Below are positions 1 through 9,165 of a stretch of DNA of 24,938 nucleotides, in pieces. Within the stretch, counting starts at the first letter, position 1. Each line of letters opens with the position of its first letter. The notes below the pieces were generated by a model. It did no database searches and was not told the DNA's origin. It saw only the letters and a program-made list of their open reading frames with translations. The DNA lies in contig JARRQT010000011.1 in NCBI GenBank assembly GCA_037381445.1, positions 1 to 24,938 on the forward strand. The letters run 5' to 3'. The position numbers and the translations under genes are program-made. This DNA is from Calditrichia bacterium (GTDB lineage: Bacteria > Calditrichota > Calditrichia > RBG-13-44-9).

Positions 1-1
1 G

Positions 2-82
2 TTCCCCCTGTTCTTTTATGTTTTCAAGATGCTGTTAAACAGTTTTGAGTCCGATGTCATGTATCTGTTAAAGGTAATGTAG
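2..82 (+). CDS. fliR: 3' end of probable flagellar export protein FliR (partial, runs off the window start)
   Basis: Frame 2 reads FPLFFYVFKMLLNSFESDVMYLLKVM* (TAG 80-82), ending 1 nt before the flhB ATG. The hydrophobic/amphipathic tail and the usual fliR-flhB order support this. Only 26 codons are visible. Confidence 0.6.
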   Translation, partial: FPLFFYVFKMLLNSFESDVMYLLKVM

Positions 83-83
83 A

Positions 84-1154
84 ATGGCGGATAGTTTCCA
101 GGAAAAAACCGAACAGCCAACCCCAAAGCGTCTGGAAGAAGCGCGCAATAAAGGGAATGTGGCAAAGAGCATGGAGGTAAATTCTGCCTTTTCGCTGATT
201 TTCGGGCTGTTTATCCTTTATGTCATGAGCGGCATGTTTTTCCGTCAGTTTACCCAACTCTTTCGGAGTGTCCTCAGCGGCGGATATATGGCAGAACTGA
301 CTCCCACCAACATCCAGTATTATTTCCTGCAGGGACTGGAGAAGTTTGGTTTGGTAGTCGCCCTGTTCATGGGAACGCTGATGATAATCGGGGTGGCCAG
401 CAGTATACTCCAGGTGGGTTTTATGTTTACGCTGGAGCCGCTAATGCCAAAAGGCGACAAACTCAATCCGCTGAAGGGATTAAAGAAGATCATCTTCTCA
501 AAACGTTCTCTGGAAGAGCTGATTAAAAATATCCTGAAGCTTACCGTCATCATTCTGGTGGCCTACCATGCCGTGATGGGCTATCGGTCAGAATTCATTC
601 CTTTAATGGATAAGGATGTTGCCCAGGTGCTCACATTCATGCTGTCCGCCGCCTTAAAAATCGGTTTTAAAATTGCCCTTATTTTTTTGGCCGTTGGAGC
701 CGCCGATTATGCCTTCCAGAAATGGGAGCATACGAACAATCTGAAGATGACCAAACAGGAAGTTAAGGATGAGATGAAGCAGGCGGAAGGCGATCCCAAG
801 GTGAAAGCGCGGATTCGCAGCATGCAGTACCAGATGGCCCGTAACCGCATGATGCAGTCTGTTCCCGAAGCTGATGTGGTAATCACCAACCCGACGCATT
901 ACGCGATTGCGTTGACCTACAAGTTGGGAAATCAGTCTGCTCCGACCGTGGTGGCCAAAGGCCGCAATTTGATTGCCTATAAAATCAAAGAGATCGCCAG
1001 GGAGAATGATGTTCCCATCGTGGAAGATCCGCCGCTGGCGAGAGCGCTTTATAAATCGGTGGAAATCGATCAGGAAATTCCGGCCAAATTCTTCCAGGCT
1101 GTGGCGGAAATCCTGGCTTATGTCTACAAACTGAAAAACAAGAAACTGGATTGA
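84..1154 (+). CDS. flhB: Flagellar export switch protein FlhB
   Basis: N-terminal EKTEQPTPKRLEEARNKG, TM helices, KMTKQEVKDEMKQAEGDP, NPTH autocleavage motif, PPLARALY. Confidence 0.98.
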   Translation: MADSFQEKTEQPTPKRLEEARNKGNVAKSMEVNSAFSLIFGLFILYVMSGMFFRQFTQLFRSVLSGGYMAELTPTNIQYYFLQGLEKFGLVVALFMGTLMIIGVASSILQVGFMFTLEPLMPKGDKLNPLKGLKKIIFSKRSLEELIKNILKLTVIILVAYHAVMGYRSEFIPLMDKDVAQVLTFMLSAALKIGFKIALIFLAVGAADYAFQKWEHTNNLKMTKQEVKDEMKQAEGDPKVKARIRSMQYQMARNRMMQSVPEADVVITNPTHYAIALTYKLGNQSAPTVVAKGRNLIAYKIKEIARENDVPIVEDPPLARALYKSVEIDQEIPAKFFQAVAEILAYVYKLKNKKLD

Positions 1155-1161
1155 GCGCGAA

Positions 1162-3219
1162 ATGAGGGGAAGCTTTTTAAAGAAAAACAGTGACATGATG
1201 CTGGCGTTTGGCGTAATTGCCATCCTGGTTTTGATGATTATTCCCCTGCCCCCGCCGTTGCTTGATGTGCTGCTGGCCCTTAATATCTCCGCAGCGCTTG
1301 TTTTGCTGATGGTTTCTCTATACCTCGTCAATCCCCTGGAACTATCGGTATTTCCCAGCCTGCTGCTTATTATGACGCTTTTCCGTCTTTCCCTGAATAT
1401 CGCTTCCACCCGTTTGATTCTGGGGGAAGCCTATGCCGGCGAAATAATCCGCTCTTTCGGCAGTTTTGTGGTAAAAGGGAATTATGTGGTCGGTTTTATT
1501 ATCTTCCTGATTCTCATCATCATCCAGTTTGTGGTGATCGTGAAGGGAGCCGGGCGTATCGCGGAAGTGGCCGCCCGTTTTACCCTGGATGCCATGCCGG
1601 GCAAACAGATGAGCATTGATGCGGATATGAATGCCGGTCTGATTACCGAGGAAGAAGCCCGTGAGCGGCGTATGGAGATTTCACGTGAGGCAGATTTTTA
1701 TGGGGCAATGGATGGCGCCAGCAAGTTTGTCAAAGGTGATGCCATCGCCGGACTGATCATAACCTCGATAAATATCATTGCCGGCCTCATTATTGGTGTC
1801 GTCCAGCTGAAAATGCCGCTGACTCAGGCGCTGCAGACCTATTCCTTAATGACCATCGGTGACGGGCTGGTTTCGCAGATTCCGGCATTGCTGGTCTCAA
1901 CGGCCGCCGGTATCGTTGTCACCCGGGCCGCCAGCAAAGAAAATCTGGGGACCGATTTATCCAGCCAGTTGCTGGGAAATCCCAAGGCGCTCTATATCGC
2001 TTCGGGCACCCTTTTCGTTTTTGGAATCACGCCCGGGTTGCCGACGGTGCCGTTTTTTATTCTGGCAGCCATCATAGGAAGTATCGGCTTCGGCATGCGG
2101 AAGGAAAAAGAACTGGAAGAAACGCTGGAGGCCACTGAAGAACAGGCAAACCTTCCCGCCCCCGTGGAAAACATTGAGAATTATCTGCAGGTGGACCCCT
2201 TGGAACTGGAGATCGGGTATAACCTGATCGCGCTGGTGGATACGGAGCAGGGCGGCGATCTTTTTGAGCGCATTACTTCCATGCGCAAACAGATGGCCAT
2301 GGAATACGGCATTATCGTTCCCCCCATTCGGGTGCGGGACAACCTGCAGCTGGCGGCCGATGAATACGTGATAAAAATCCGCGGGAATGACATTGTTCAG
2401 AGTGAAATAATGATGGGCCATTACCTGGCCATGAATGCTGGGAATGTTGATCAGCCCGTCGCCGGGGTCGAAACCATTGAGCCGGCATTTGGACTTCCCG
2501 CGGTGTGGATCCGCGAAGACCAGCGCCACGAGGCCGAGCTGGCCGGTTACACGGTCGTCGAACCTTCCGCAGTGCTTGCCACCCACCTGATGGAAGTGAT
2601 CCGGAAAAATGCCGATAAACTGCTGGGTCGGCAGGAAGTACAAAAACTTCTGGACAATTTGAAAGAGGATTACCCGGCAGTGGTCAATGAATTGATTCCG
2701 GACCAGCTTTCCCTGGGCGCCATCCAGAAAGTATTGCAGAATCTGCTGCGCGAAGGTATACCGGTCCGCGACCTGGTGACCATTCTGGAAACGCTGGCGG
2801 ATTATGCGGGGATCACCAAGAATGTGGAAGTGCTTACCGAGTATGTGCGCTACGCACTAAGTGATACTATCTCAAAACTATTTCAGGATGAAGACGGTGT
2901 GATCCGGGCCATTACGCTGGATCCCAAAATCGAGCAGACCATTACTTCATCTTTGCAAAAACAAAAACAGGTAACGGATACTCTGGGACTACCGCTGGCC
3001 ATAATTGAAACGATTTACCAGAGTCTGGCTCAGAATATTGAACAGGCCGTCAACTTGGGATATCATCCCGTTGTTATTTCATCACCCACAATACGGGCTT
3101 ATTTCAAGAAGCTCATAAGCAATCAGTTCCCTGATGTGGCGGTCATTTCATTCGGAGAGCTGCCTTCGGAAATAAAAATCGAGAGTATCGGCAAAGTGAG
3201 GATTGGAAATGAAAATTAA
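1162..3219 (+). CDS. flhA: Flagellar export gate protein FlhA
   Basis: FHIPEP motif RIAEVAARFTLDAMPGKQMSIDAD, FYGAMDGASKFVKGDA, 685 aa, directly after flhB. Confidence 0.98.
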   Translation: MRGSFLKKNSDMMLAFGVIAILVLMIIPLPPPLLDVLLALNISAALVLLMVSLYLVNPLELSVFPSLLLIMTLFRLSLNIASTRLILGEAYAGEIIRSFGSFVVKGNYVVGFIIFLILIIIQFVVIVKGAGRIAEVAARFTLDAMPGKQMSIDADMNAGLITEEEARERRMEISREADFYGAMDGASKFVKGDAIAGLIITSINIIAGLIIGVVQLKMPLTQALQTYSLMTIGDGLVSQIPALLVSTAAGIVVTRAASKENLGTDLSSQLLGNPKALYIASGTLFVFGITPGLPTVPFFILAAIIGSIGFGMRKEKELEETLEATEEQANLPAPVENIENYLQVDPLELEIGYNLIALVDTEQGGDLFERITSMRKQMAMEYGIIVPPIRVRDNLQLAADEYVIKIRGNDIVQSEIMMGHYLAMNAGNVDQPVAGVETIEPAFGLPAVWIREDQRHEAELAGYTVVEPSAVLATHLMEVIRKNADKLLGRQEVQKLLDNLKEDYPAVVNELIPDQLSLGAIQKVLQNLLREGIPVRDLVTILETLADYAGITKNVEVLTEYVRYALSDTISKLFQDEDGVIRAITLDPKIEQTITSSLQKQKQVTDTLGLPLAIIETIYQSLAQNIEQAVNLGYHPVVISSPTIRAYFKKLISNQFPDVAVISFGELPSEIKIESIGKVRIGNEN

Positions 3220-4429
3220 AAAATTTACCGGAAAATCATTTCAGGAAGCTTTTGATCAGGTGAAAAAGGAATTAGGTGCGGATGCCGTGATCCTTAATTC
3301 TCGAAAAATCAAGGAAGGGGGAATTCTGGATTTCATGAACAGCAATGAAGTATATGAGATTACCGCTGCAGCTGACAAATCAAAAACGCAGGTAAAACCG
3401 GTGCCGATTCCCGCGGTGGCGCGAAGAGCTTATGGCTCGCAGACTGTTCCTGAAAATGGCAATAAAAGCAATGCGGATCTCAAACAAAACATCGCGGCTT
3501 TGTCGGTGGATGTGGCTGAAGAAAAAATTGTACGCCAAACTGAGGAAATAAAAGTACTTCAGGATGAAATCAAGGATATTAAAAAAGTATTGAATGACGT
3601 TTCCGATTTTCTGAAATACAGCCGTATGCCTGCACTGCCGGAAACATTCAAAACCATTTTAAAGCAGCTTGTTGACAATGAAGTGAATGAAGATCTGGCC
3701 AAGGCAATTGTTCAGACGGTATATTCGCAGACCAATCCCGAGGATTATAAAAACAGCCCCATGGTGGTCAACAGGCTTATGGCTCTTTTGAACCGGATGG
3801 CGAAAACCGCGCATCCCATCGAAAAAGCCAAACGCAGCCCCTATGTGGTGGCGCTGGTCGGACCCACCGGTGTGGGAAAAACGACCACCATCGCCAAAAT
3901 TGCTGCCAATTTGAAGCTTTATCATCAAAAGAAAGTGGCGTTGATTTCCGCTGACACCTATCGGATCGCGGCCATTGAACAGCTGCAAACCTTCGCTAAT
4001 ATCGCCGGAATCCCGATGAATGTGACCTACAGCCCCGAGGATATGAAGGATGCGATTTACAAATTCCGCGAAAGAGACATCATTCTGGTTGATACGGTAG
4101 GACGCAGTCAGAAAAATGAAGAACACCTCAAACATCTGCGGCAGTTTGTTGAGGTGGCAAATCCGGATGAGACTCATCTGGTGCTGAGTTTGACCACGAG
4201 TTTTAAGAACCTGATGGACATCATCCGCCGCTTTAACGTGATGCGGCCGAATAATTTTATTTTCACCAAATTGGATGAGGCAATTAATACCGGCAATATC
4301 CTCAATATTCTCTATAAGTATCAGATCCCGGTTTCTTATCTCACCACGGGGCAGGTGGTTCCCAATGATATCGCCACCGCCCAAAAGATGACATTGGCTA
4401 ATCTAATTTACAAGGGAGTGATGAATTGA
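3209..4429 (+). CDS. flhF: SRP-family GTPase FlhF
   Basis: N-terminal MKIKKF..ELGADAVILN, GPTGVGKTT, DTYRIAA, DTVGRS, TKLDE, TGQxVP. ATG 3209 preferred over TTG 3203 (GAGGA upstream). Overlaps the flhA stop. Confidence 0.96.
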   Translation: MKIKKFTGKSFQEAFDQVKKELGADAVILNSRKIKEGGILDFMNSNEVYEITAAADKSKTQVKPVPIPAVARRAYGSQTVPENGNKSNADLKQNIAALSVDVAEEKIVRQTEEIKVLQDEIKDIKKVLNDVSDFLKYSRMPALPETFKTILKQLVDNEVNEDLAKAIVQTVYSQTNPEDYKNSPMVVNRLMALLNRMAKTAHPIEKAKRSPYVVALVGPTGVGKTTTIAKIAANLKLYHQKKVALISADTYRIAAIEQLQTFANIAGIPMNVTYSPEDMKDAIYKFRERDIILVDTVGRSQKNEEHLKHLRQFVEVANPDETHLVLSLTTSFKNLMDIIRRFNVMRPNNFIFTKLDEAINTGNILNILYKYQIPVSYLTTGQVVPNDIATAQKMTLANLIYKGVMN

Positions 4430-4431
4430 TC

Positions 4432-5301
4432 ATGAAAGATCAGGCAACCAATCTGAGAATTCTGGCCGGGGAGAACCGGCATTACTTCCCCGCTGCCTAT
4501 GGAAACAGCGGCCAGCAAACCATCCTGGTGATCAGCGGAAAGGGAGGTGTTGGAAAGAGTTTTCTGAGTCTGTACCTGGCACAGGCGTTATCAAATATTG
4601 GCGAACGCGTACTGCTGGTGGACAGCAATCTGCAAAATCCCAGCTTGCATATCCTGACCAATACCGATACGGCATATCCCCTCAATTACTGGCTGGGTGA
4701 AAACAGGATAGTGGATGAAGACGCGGTTGTTACCCTGCGGAAGGAACTCGATCTTTTGCCCAATACGGCTGCTTTCAACGGGATACACAATAATCCGGAA
4801 GAGAACGCCGGTTTTTTACTGGAACTGCTTTCGCCGCTGGCCTCAAATTACAGCTATGTGGTTCTGGACACCCAAACAGCCCTCAGCCAATGGAATCTGA
4901 CGCTTCTTCAGAATGCGGACATGGGGCTGCTGGTCAGCATCACCGACCCGACTTCGGTGATTGATACCTATACGTTCATCAAGGCATCTCTGCAATACCT
5001 ATCGCAGCCCAACTTCCGGCTGATCGTCAATCAGGTGATCGGAGAGGAAACCGGCATGGAGGCCCATCACAATCTGAATTTGGCGCTCAGGCACTTCATC
5101 GATTATGAAGTGGAGCTCCTGGGTTTGATCCCCTTCGATATGGAAGTGAAAAGGGCCGGGATCGAACAAAAGCCATTGTGGCAGCATACCCGCCATTCCG
5201 AAGCCATAAATAGAATTGAAAAACTGGCGGGATTAATCAAGTCTGTCAACACACCCAAAAGTCAATTGTACCAGAATTATAAACAGGAGGCACAGATATG
5301 A
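4432..5301 (+). CDS. flhG: MinD/ParA-family flagellar number regulator FlhG (FleN/YlxH), with degenerate switch motifs
   Basis: N-terminal DQATNLR, deviant Walker A SGKGGVGKS, located directly after flhF. ATG 4432 preferred over TTG 4426. Confidence 0.88.
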   Translation: MKDQATNLRILAGENRHYFPAAYGNSGQQTILVISGKGGVGKSFLSLYLAQALSNIGERVLLVDSNLQNPSLHILTNTDTAYPLNYWLGENRIVDEDAVVTLRKELDLLPNTAAFNGIHNNPEENAGFLLELLSPLASNYSYVVLDTQTALSQWNLTLLQNADMGLLVSITDPTSVIDTYTFIKASLQYLSQPNFRLIVNQVIGEETGMEAHHNLNLALRHFIDYEVELLGLIPFDMEVKRAGIEQKPLWQHTRHSEAINRIEKLAGLIKSVNTPKSQLYQNYKQEAQI

Positions 5302-5552
5302 AAAATCTTGGTTACAAACTAACCCTTCTTATCTTTTTTATTGCGCTCCTCTCCGGATTTTACATGCGGCTCCCGCTGTGGGATAATCTGATTCGTGCAT
5401 TCGTGATCTACCTGGCGTTCAGCGTGATTTACCTGGTGGGCTTACTGCTTTTTAATCAGTTTTCGCTGGAGTCGCTCAAAAACAAAGAAACCAGAAAGAA
5501 GAAATCGGCACAGGACGATTTGAAGCAACCATCACCAAACATGGCAAAATAA
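5298..5552 (+). CDS. Small hypothetical membrane protein (2 TM helices, basic C-terminal tail)
   Basis: AGGAGG RBS, ATGA overlap with the flhG stop, two hydrophobic stretches, fills the flhG-fliA gap. Confidence 0.8.
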   Translation: MKNLGYKLTLLIFFIALLSGFYMRLPLWDNLIRAFVIYLAFSVIYLVGLLLFNQFSLESLKNKETRKKKSAQDDLKQPSPNMAK

Positions 5553-5560
5553 AGGAATAG

Positions 5561-6325
5561 GTGGGCATCATGAAAAAACAAATCGAACCGTTGTGGGAAA
5601 GTTATTTTCAAAGCAAAGATCCGGAATTACGTAACCGGCTTATGGAAAAATATCTTGGGGTGGTTCACTATGTGGTGAATAAGCTGTTCAAATCCGTCCC
5701 GGGGCATGTGGAACGCGATGATCTGGTGAATATCGGGGTTATCGGTCTGGGAGAAGCGTTAAACCGCTATAATCCTTATTTTGGAATTAAGTTTGAGACC
5801 TATGCAATTCCGCGGGTCAAGGGTGCCATCATTGATGAGCTGCGGAAGCAGGACTGGATTCCAAGATCGCTGAGGTCCAAGTCCAATAAGATCAAAAAAG
5901 TAGTGGAAGACCTGGAACAGCATTACCGTGGCGATGTTCCCTCGCAGGAGGTGGCGGAGCAATTAGGAATATCAGAATCGGAATACGAGCACTGGCAGTC
6001 CCAGGTAAATCATACCAGCCTGGTTTCACTGGACAAGCCTACTCAGAATTTTGATGAACACAATCTGTATGATGTGGTGGAAGATGAAGCCAGTTCGAAT
6101 GCGCTGGATTGTCTTGAAGATGAGGAAATGAAAAAAGTCCTGATCCGGGTCATTAAAAAGTTGCCGGAGAAGGCCCGGCTTGCTATTACCTTATACTACT
6201 ATGAACATTTGACCTTCAAGGAAATTGGCAAAATATTAAACGTTTCCGAATCCCGTATTTCCCAGATTCACAGTGAAACTATGGAGAGAATGCGGAAAAT
6301 TATACTTCAGGAAATGTATGTTTGA
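5561..6325 (+). CDS. fliA: RNA polymerase sigma-28 factor, FliA/WhiG family
   Basis: DDLVNIGVIGL, KFETYAIPRVKGAIIDELRKQDWIPRS, region 4 LTFKEIGKILNVSESRISQIH. Start is GTG 5561 or ATG 5570. Confidence 0.96.
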   Translation: MGIMKKQIEPLWESYFQSKDPELRNRLMEKYLGVVHYVVNKLFKSVPGHVERDDLVNIGVIGLGEALNRYNPYFGIKFETYAIPRVKGAIIDELRKQDWIPRSLRSKSNKIKKVVEDLEQHYRGDVPSQEVAEQLGISESEYEHWQSQVNHTSLVSLDKPTQNFDEHNLYDVVEDEASSNALDCLEDEEMKKVLIRVIKKLPEKARLAITLYYYEHLTFKEIGKILNVSESRISQIHSETMERMRKIILQEMYV

Positions 6326-6432
6326 ATTTTAGACACTGGTGCATGCGGATAAATCGACATTGTTTAGATTTAGTCGTCTGATTTTTTGCATAACACTTTA
6401 TAAATAAAGGAAATATATGTTTGTCTTATTTG

Positions 6433-6448
6433 TGGTATTATTTTTGTA
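6433..6448 (+). promoter_or_regulatory. Candidate sigma-54 (-24/-12) promoter
   Basis: TGGTATTATTTTTGTA versus consensus TGGCACGNNNNTTGCW: correct GG-N10-G spacing, -12 GC replaced by GT. Lies in the fliA-downstream intergenic gap, 26 nt before the next start. Confidence 0.45.
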
Positions 6449-6474
6449 AAACAATTTATAACTGAGGTGTCGAA

Positions 6475-6807
6475 GTGATACCGATTAAAATTCAAAATAT
6501 CCAGATGGGGGCTTTGTCAGCGGACAAGGTGTTCCAGTCACTTAAAAGTTTGCCTCAGAACCAGCAGCGAATATTTGAAGCAGAAGTTCAGAAGCAGATG
6601 GAAGATGCGAAAGATCGTACGGAAGCGGCGGAGCAATCGGAGAAGAGCAAGATTCAGGATGAGAAGAAGGAAAAGCAGGAGGCACACGATTCGGCAGAGG
6701 AACGGCATGGCGGCAAGTCTGAAGAAAAGGGCCGCAAACACCTGAATCAGAATATCATAGAAAAAACAGAAGACGGAACGATTAGGCATTTGGATGTGAA
6801 AATATAG
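6475..6807 (+). CDS. Hypothetical charged/coiled protein with C-terminal LDVKI motif
   Basis: GAGGTG RBS before GTG, E/K/Q-rich low-complexity body, ends GTIRHLDVKI, similar to small proteins seen in flagellar clusters. Confidence 0.8.
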   Translation: MIPIKIQNIQMGALSADKVFQSLKSLPQNQQRIFEAEVQKQMEDAKDRTEAAEQSEKSKIQDEKKEKQEAHDSAEERHGGKSEEKGRKHLNQNIIEKTEDGTIRHLDVKI

Positions 6808-6816
6808 GCCAGGGAA

Positions 6817-7719
6817 ATGAGTAATACAAGGTTATCGCCTGAATATGTGGAAAACAAAGTGCGCAGTCTGGCCAGGCTTGCCACTCTGCCTAACATTGCT
6901 GTAAAGGTTATGGAGCTGGTCGAAAACCCCAAGACTTCAGCTTCAACTTTAGCCCACTTTATTTCAGTGGATCAGGTTCTGGCTGCCCGTATATTGAAGC
7001 TTGCCAATTCCGCCTATTACGGATTTCCAAAAGAAATTTCAACGCTTAATCTGGCAATTGTGGTTTTAGGATTTAACGCATTGCGAGATCTGGTGTTGAG
7101 TATTTCGGTGATCGACCGTTTTTCAATGCATGAGTATGATGAGAATTTCGAGGTCGAACAGTTCTGGCGGCATGCCCTGATTGTAGGCCGCGGTGCCCGG
7201 GTGCTGGCAAAGTTTTTGAATTATCCGGTGACCGGTGAGGTCTTTGTGGCCGGACTTCTGCATGACATCGGTTATCCAGTAATGCTGCAGAATTTCCCGG
7301 AAGATTTTATGTGTGCAGCCGAATATGCCAATAATCATGGCATTTCCTTTCATGAATCGGAAAATAATGTGTTGGATTTTACTCACACGCAACTAGGGGG
7401 ATGGCTTGCGGAGGGCTGGAATTTACCCGACAAACTGGTCAGGGCTATCCGCTATCACCATGCACCCGAGAAAAATCATTCCTATCAGGATCTGGTAAAT
7501 ATTATCCATATGGCCGACCTGATCAGCTACACGATTGGTGAAGGAAGCGGAATCAAAAATAATAGTCAGCTTCCGGAGGGAGAGATTGATGAAAGAATGA
7601 AAATGTATCTTCCCAGGAATGGCTATCCGTTAAGTTTTTATCAGGAAAAATTCAGCCAGGAAGGCGAAAAAATTGACGAATTTCTGGATATTCTAAAGAA
7701 AAGGGAATTGGTTGGATAA
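6817..7719 (+). CDS. Stand-alone HDOD domain signal transduction protein
   Basis: LATLPNIA, DQVLAARILKLANSAYYG, AIVVLG, FWRHA, GLLHDIG, HTQLGGWLAEGWNLP, AIRYHH. Confidence 0.93.
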   Translation: MSNTRLSPEYVENKVRSLARLATLPNIAVKVMELVENPKTSASTLAHFISVDQVLAARILKLANSAYYGFPKEISTLNLAIVVLGFNALRDLVLSISVIDRFSMHEYDENFEVEQFWRHALIVGRGARVLAKFLNYPVTGEVFVAGLLHDIGYPVMLQNFPEDFMCAAEYANNHGISFHESENNVLDFTHTQLGGWLAEGWNLPDKLVRAIRYHHAPEKNHSYQDLVNIIHMADLISYTIGEGSGIKNNSQLPEGEIDERMKMYLPRNGYPLSFYQEKFSQEGEKIDEFLDILKKRELVG

Positions 7720-7743
7720 TTTCAAGAGAAAAGGAGAATAAGG

Positions 7744-9165
7744 ATGTTTTCCGAGCAGAATGCAAAACTGGATTACGAGGAGATTTTTGATACCTACAAG
7801 GAACCGTTATCTCAATCCCCTCAACTGGATGTAATGTTCGAGAATTACCTGGCACTTGTAAATCGCTTGAAAAATGATTTAACCGGATTGCGGGAGGAAT
7901 TGGTTTATCACAAGAAAGTTCATGGTGACATAACCGATTCTCTTGATGAATTTTTTTCAATCCAGAGACTGTCTTCAATTATTACGCAGAGCCTGGAAGT
8001 TGATGAAATTGTGGACAAACTGGATGAAATCGCCCAAAAAGTAATTCCCCATCACAGGAGCGAGGTGTTCCTTTTGGGGGATCTGGGTCTGGAGCCGGTT
8101 AAGGATAAATCCGATCCGGACTTTAGTCTTCTTTTGGAAAATATGAAAGATGAAGGGATTCTGGACTGGCTGTGGGAACAGGCCCATCCCATTGTGGTAC
8201 CGCTGAGCGATTTCATGGTTTCTGACCAGCTGCATTTTGAATCCGGCAGTATGGTTATCGCACCCATGCTTCAGGAACAGACCGGAATGGGTGTATATCT
8301 GATCCATACCGAAAAAGAGCAGGCAAAGTTTAGTTTCCGCGATCTTGAACTCCTGAATATTTTGACCCAGCAGGCGGCGATTGGAATTCAGTACACGCTG
8401 TTATATCAAAAATTAGAACGGACTCACGAGGCCCTCAAAAGATCACAGAGCAGGCTGATGCAAACCATCAAATTGGCAACTGTGGGGGAACTGGCCGGGG
8501 GAATTGCCCACGAAATCAATAACCCGTTACAAATTATTCTGGGGAATGTCCAGATGGCAATGATGGGTTATAAAACAGAAGAGAGCCTTAAAATTGTAGA
8601 GTCTCAGGCAATGAGAATTGCAAATATAGTGAGAGGTTTATTAAGCATGGCACGTCAAAATGCTGTTTCCTCAACTGAATATCTTGAGGTCAATACCTTG
8701 ATTGTGAATACTATCAATCTGGTTCGCAGTCAGATTGAGAAACGCGGGATAGTGATCAATACCGAACTGGAAGAAAAACTGCCGGTGGTACAAGGGAGCT
8801 CAATCTATTTCCAGCAGATTCTGCTGAATTTTATTCTGCACTCCAAAAAACAGATCGGTAAGAACGGAACCCTCTCTATTCGCAGTTCCCGGATAGATGA
8901 TGACTGGGTCAAAATAGAACTGCAGGATTCGGGAATCCCCATGCCTCCGGAATATATCCAAAAGGTGATGGATCCGTTTGAAGACATGGAAAATTCGACA
9001 GAAATGAACCTGGGGCTTACCGTCAGTGTTCAGATGCTCTCTGATATTGGCGGGCAAATAGAAATCAAATCCGGAAAGGACATTGGGAATCTGGTGACCA
9101 TGCAAATTCCCAAATCGACGAAAAGCGAGGAAAGTTATGGCAGTGAAGCCGCCCTTTCGAATTAG
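7744..9165 (+). CDS. Cytoplasmic GAF-HisKA-HATPase protein with degenerate ATP-binding domain (pseudokinase / phosphotransferase candidate)
   Basis: GAF-like end (APML..GVYL..FSFRDLELLNILTQQAAIGI), NtrB-type H-box LATVGELAGGIAHEINNPL, altered N, G1 and G2 boxes. No TM segment. Confidence 0.85.
   Translation: MFSEQNAKLDYEEIFDTYKEPLSQSPQLDVMFENYLALVNRLKNDLTGLREELVYHKKVHGDITDSLDEFFSIQRLSSIITQSLEVDEIVDKLDEIAQKVIPHHRSEVFLLGDLGLEPVKDKSDPDFSLLLENMKDEGILDWLWEQAHPIVVPLSDFMVSDQLHFESGSMVIAPMLQEQTGMGVYLIHTEKEQAKFSFRDLELLNILTQQAAIGIQYTLLYQKLERTHEALKRSQSRLMQTIKLATVGELAGGIAHEINNPLQIILGNVQMAMMGYKTEESLKIVESQAMRIANIVRGLLSMARQNAVSSTEYLEVNTLIVNTINLVRSQIEKRGIVINTELEEKLPVVQGSSIYFQQILLNFILHSKKQIGKNGTLSIRSSRIDDDWVKIELQDSGIPMPPEYIQKVMDPFEDMENSTEMNLGLTVSVQMLSDIGGQIEIKSGKDIGNLVTMQIPKSTKSEESYGSEAALSN

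Noticed and set aside
36..57. TAAA...CCGATGT sigma-28-like pair upstream of flhB
   Set aside because: Spacer is too short, the -10 is imperfect, and it lies within the probable fliR coding tail.
654..4384. Long antisense ORFs (654-1409, 1957-2643, 3659-4384) and similar ones opposite other genes
   Set aside because: They are shadows of well-supported genes on the other strand, with no recognisable motifs.
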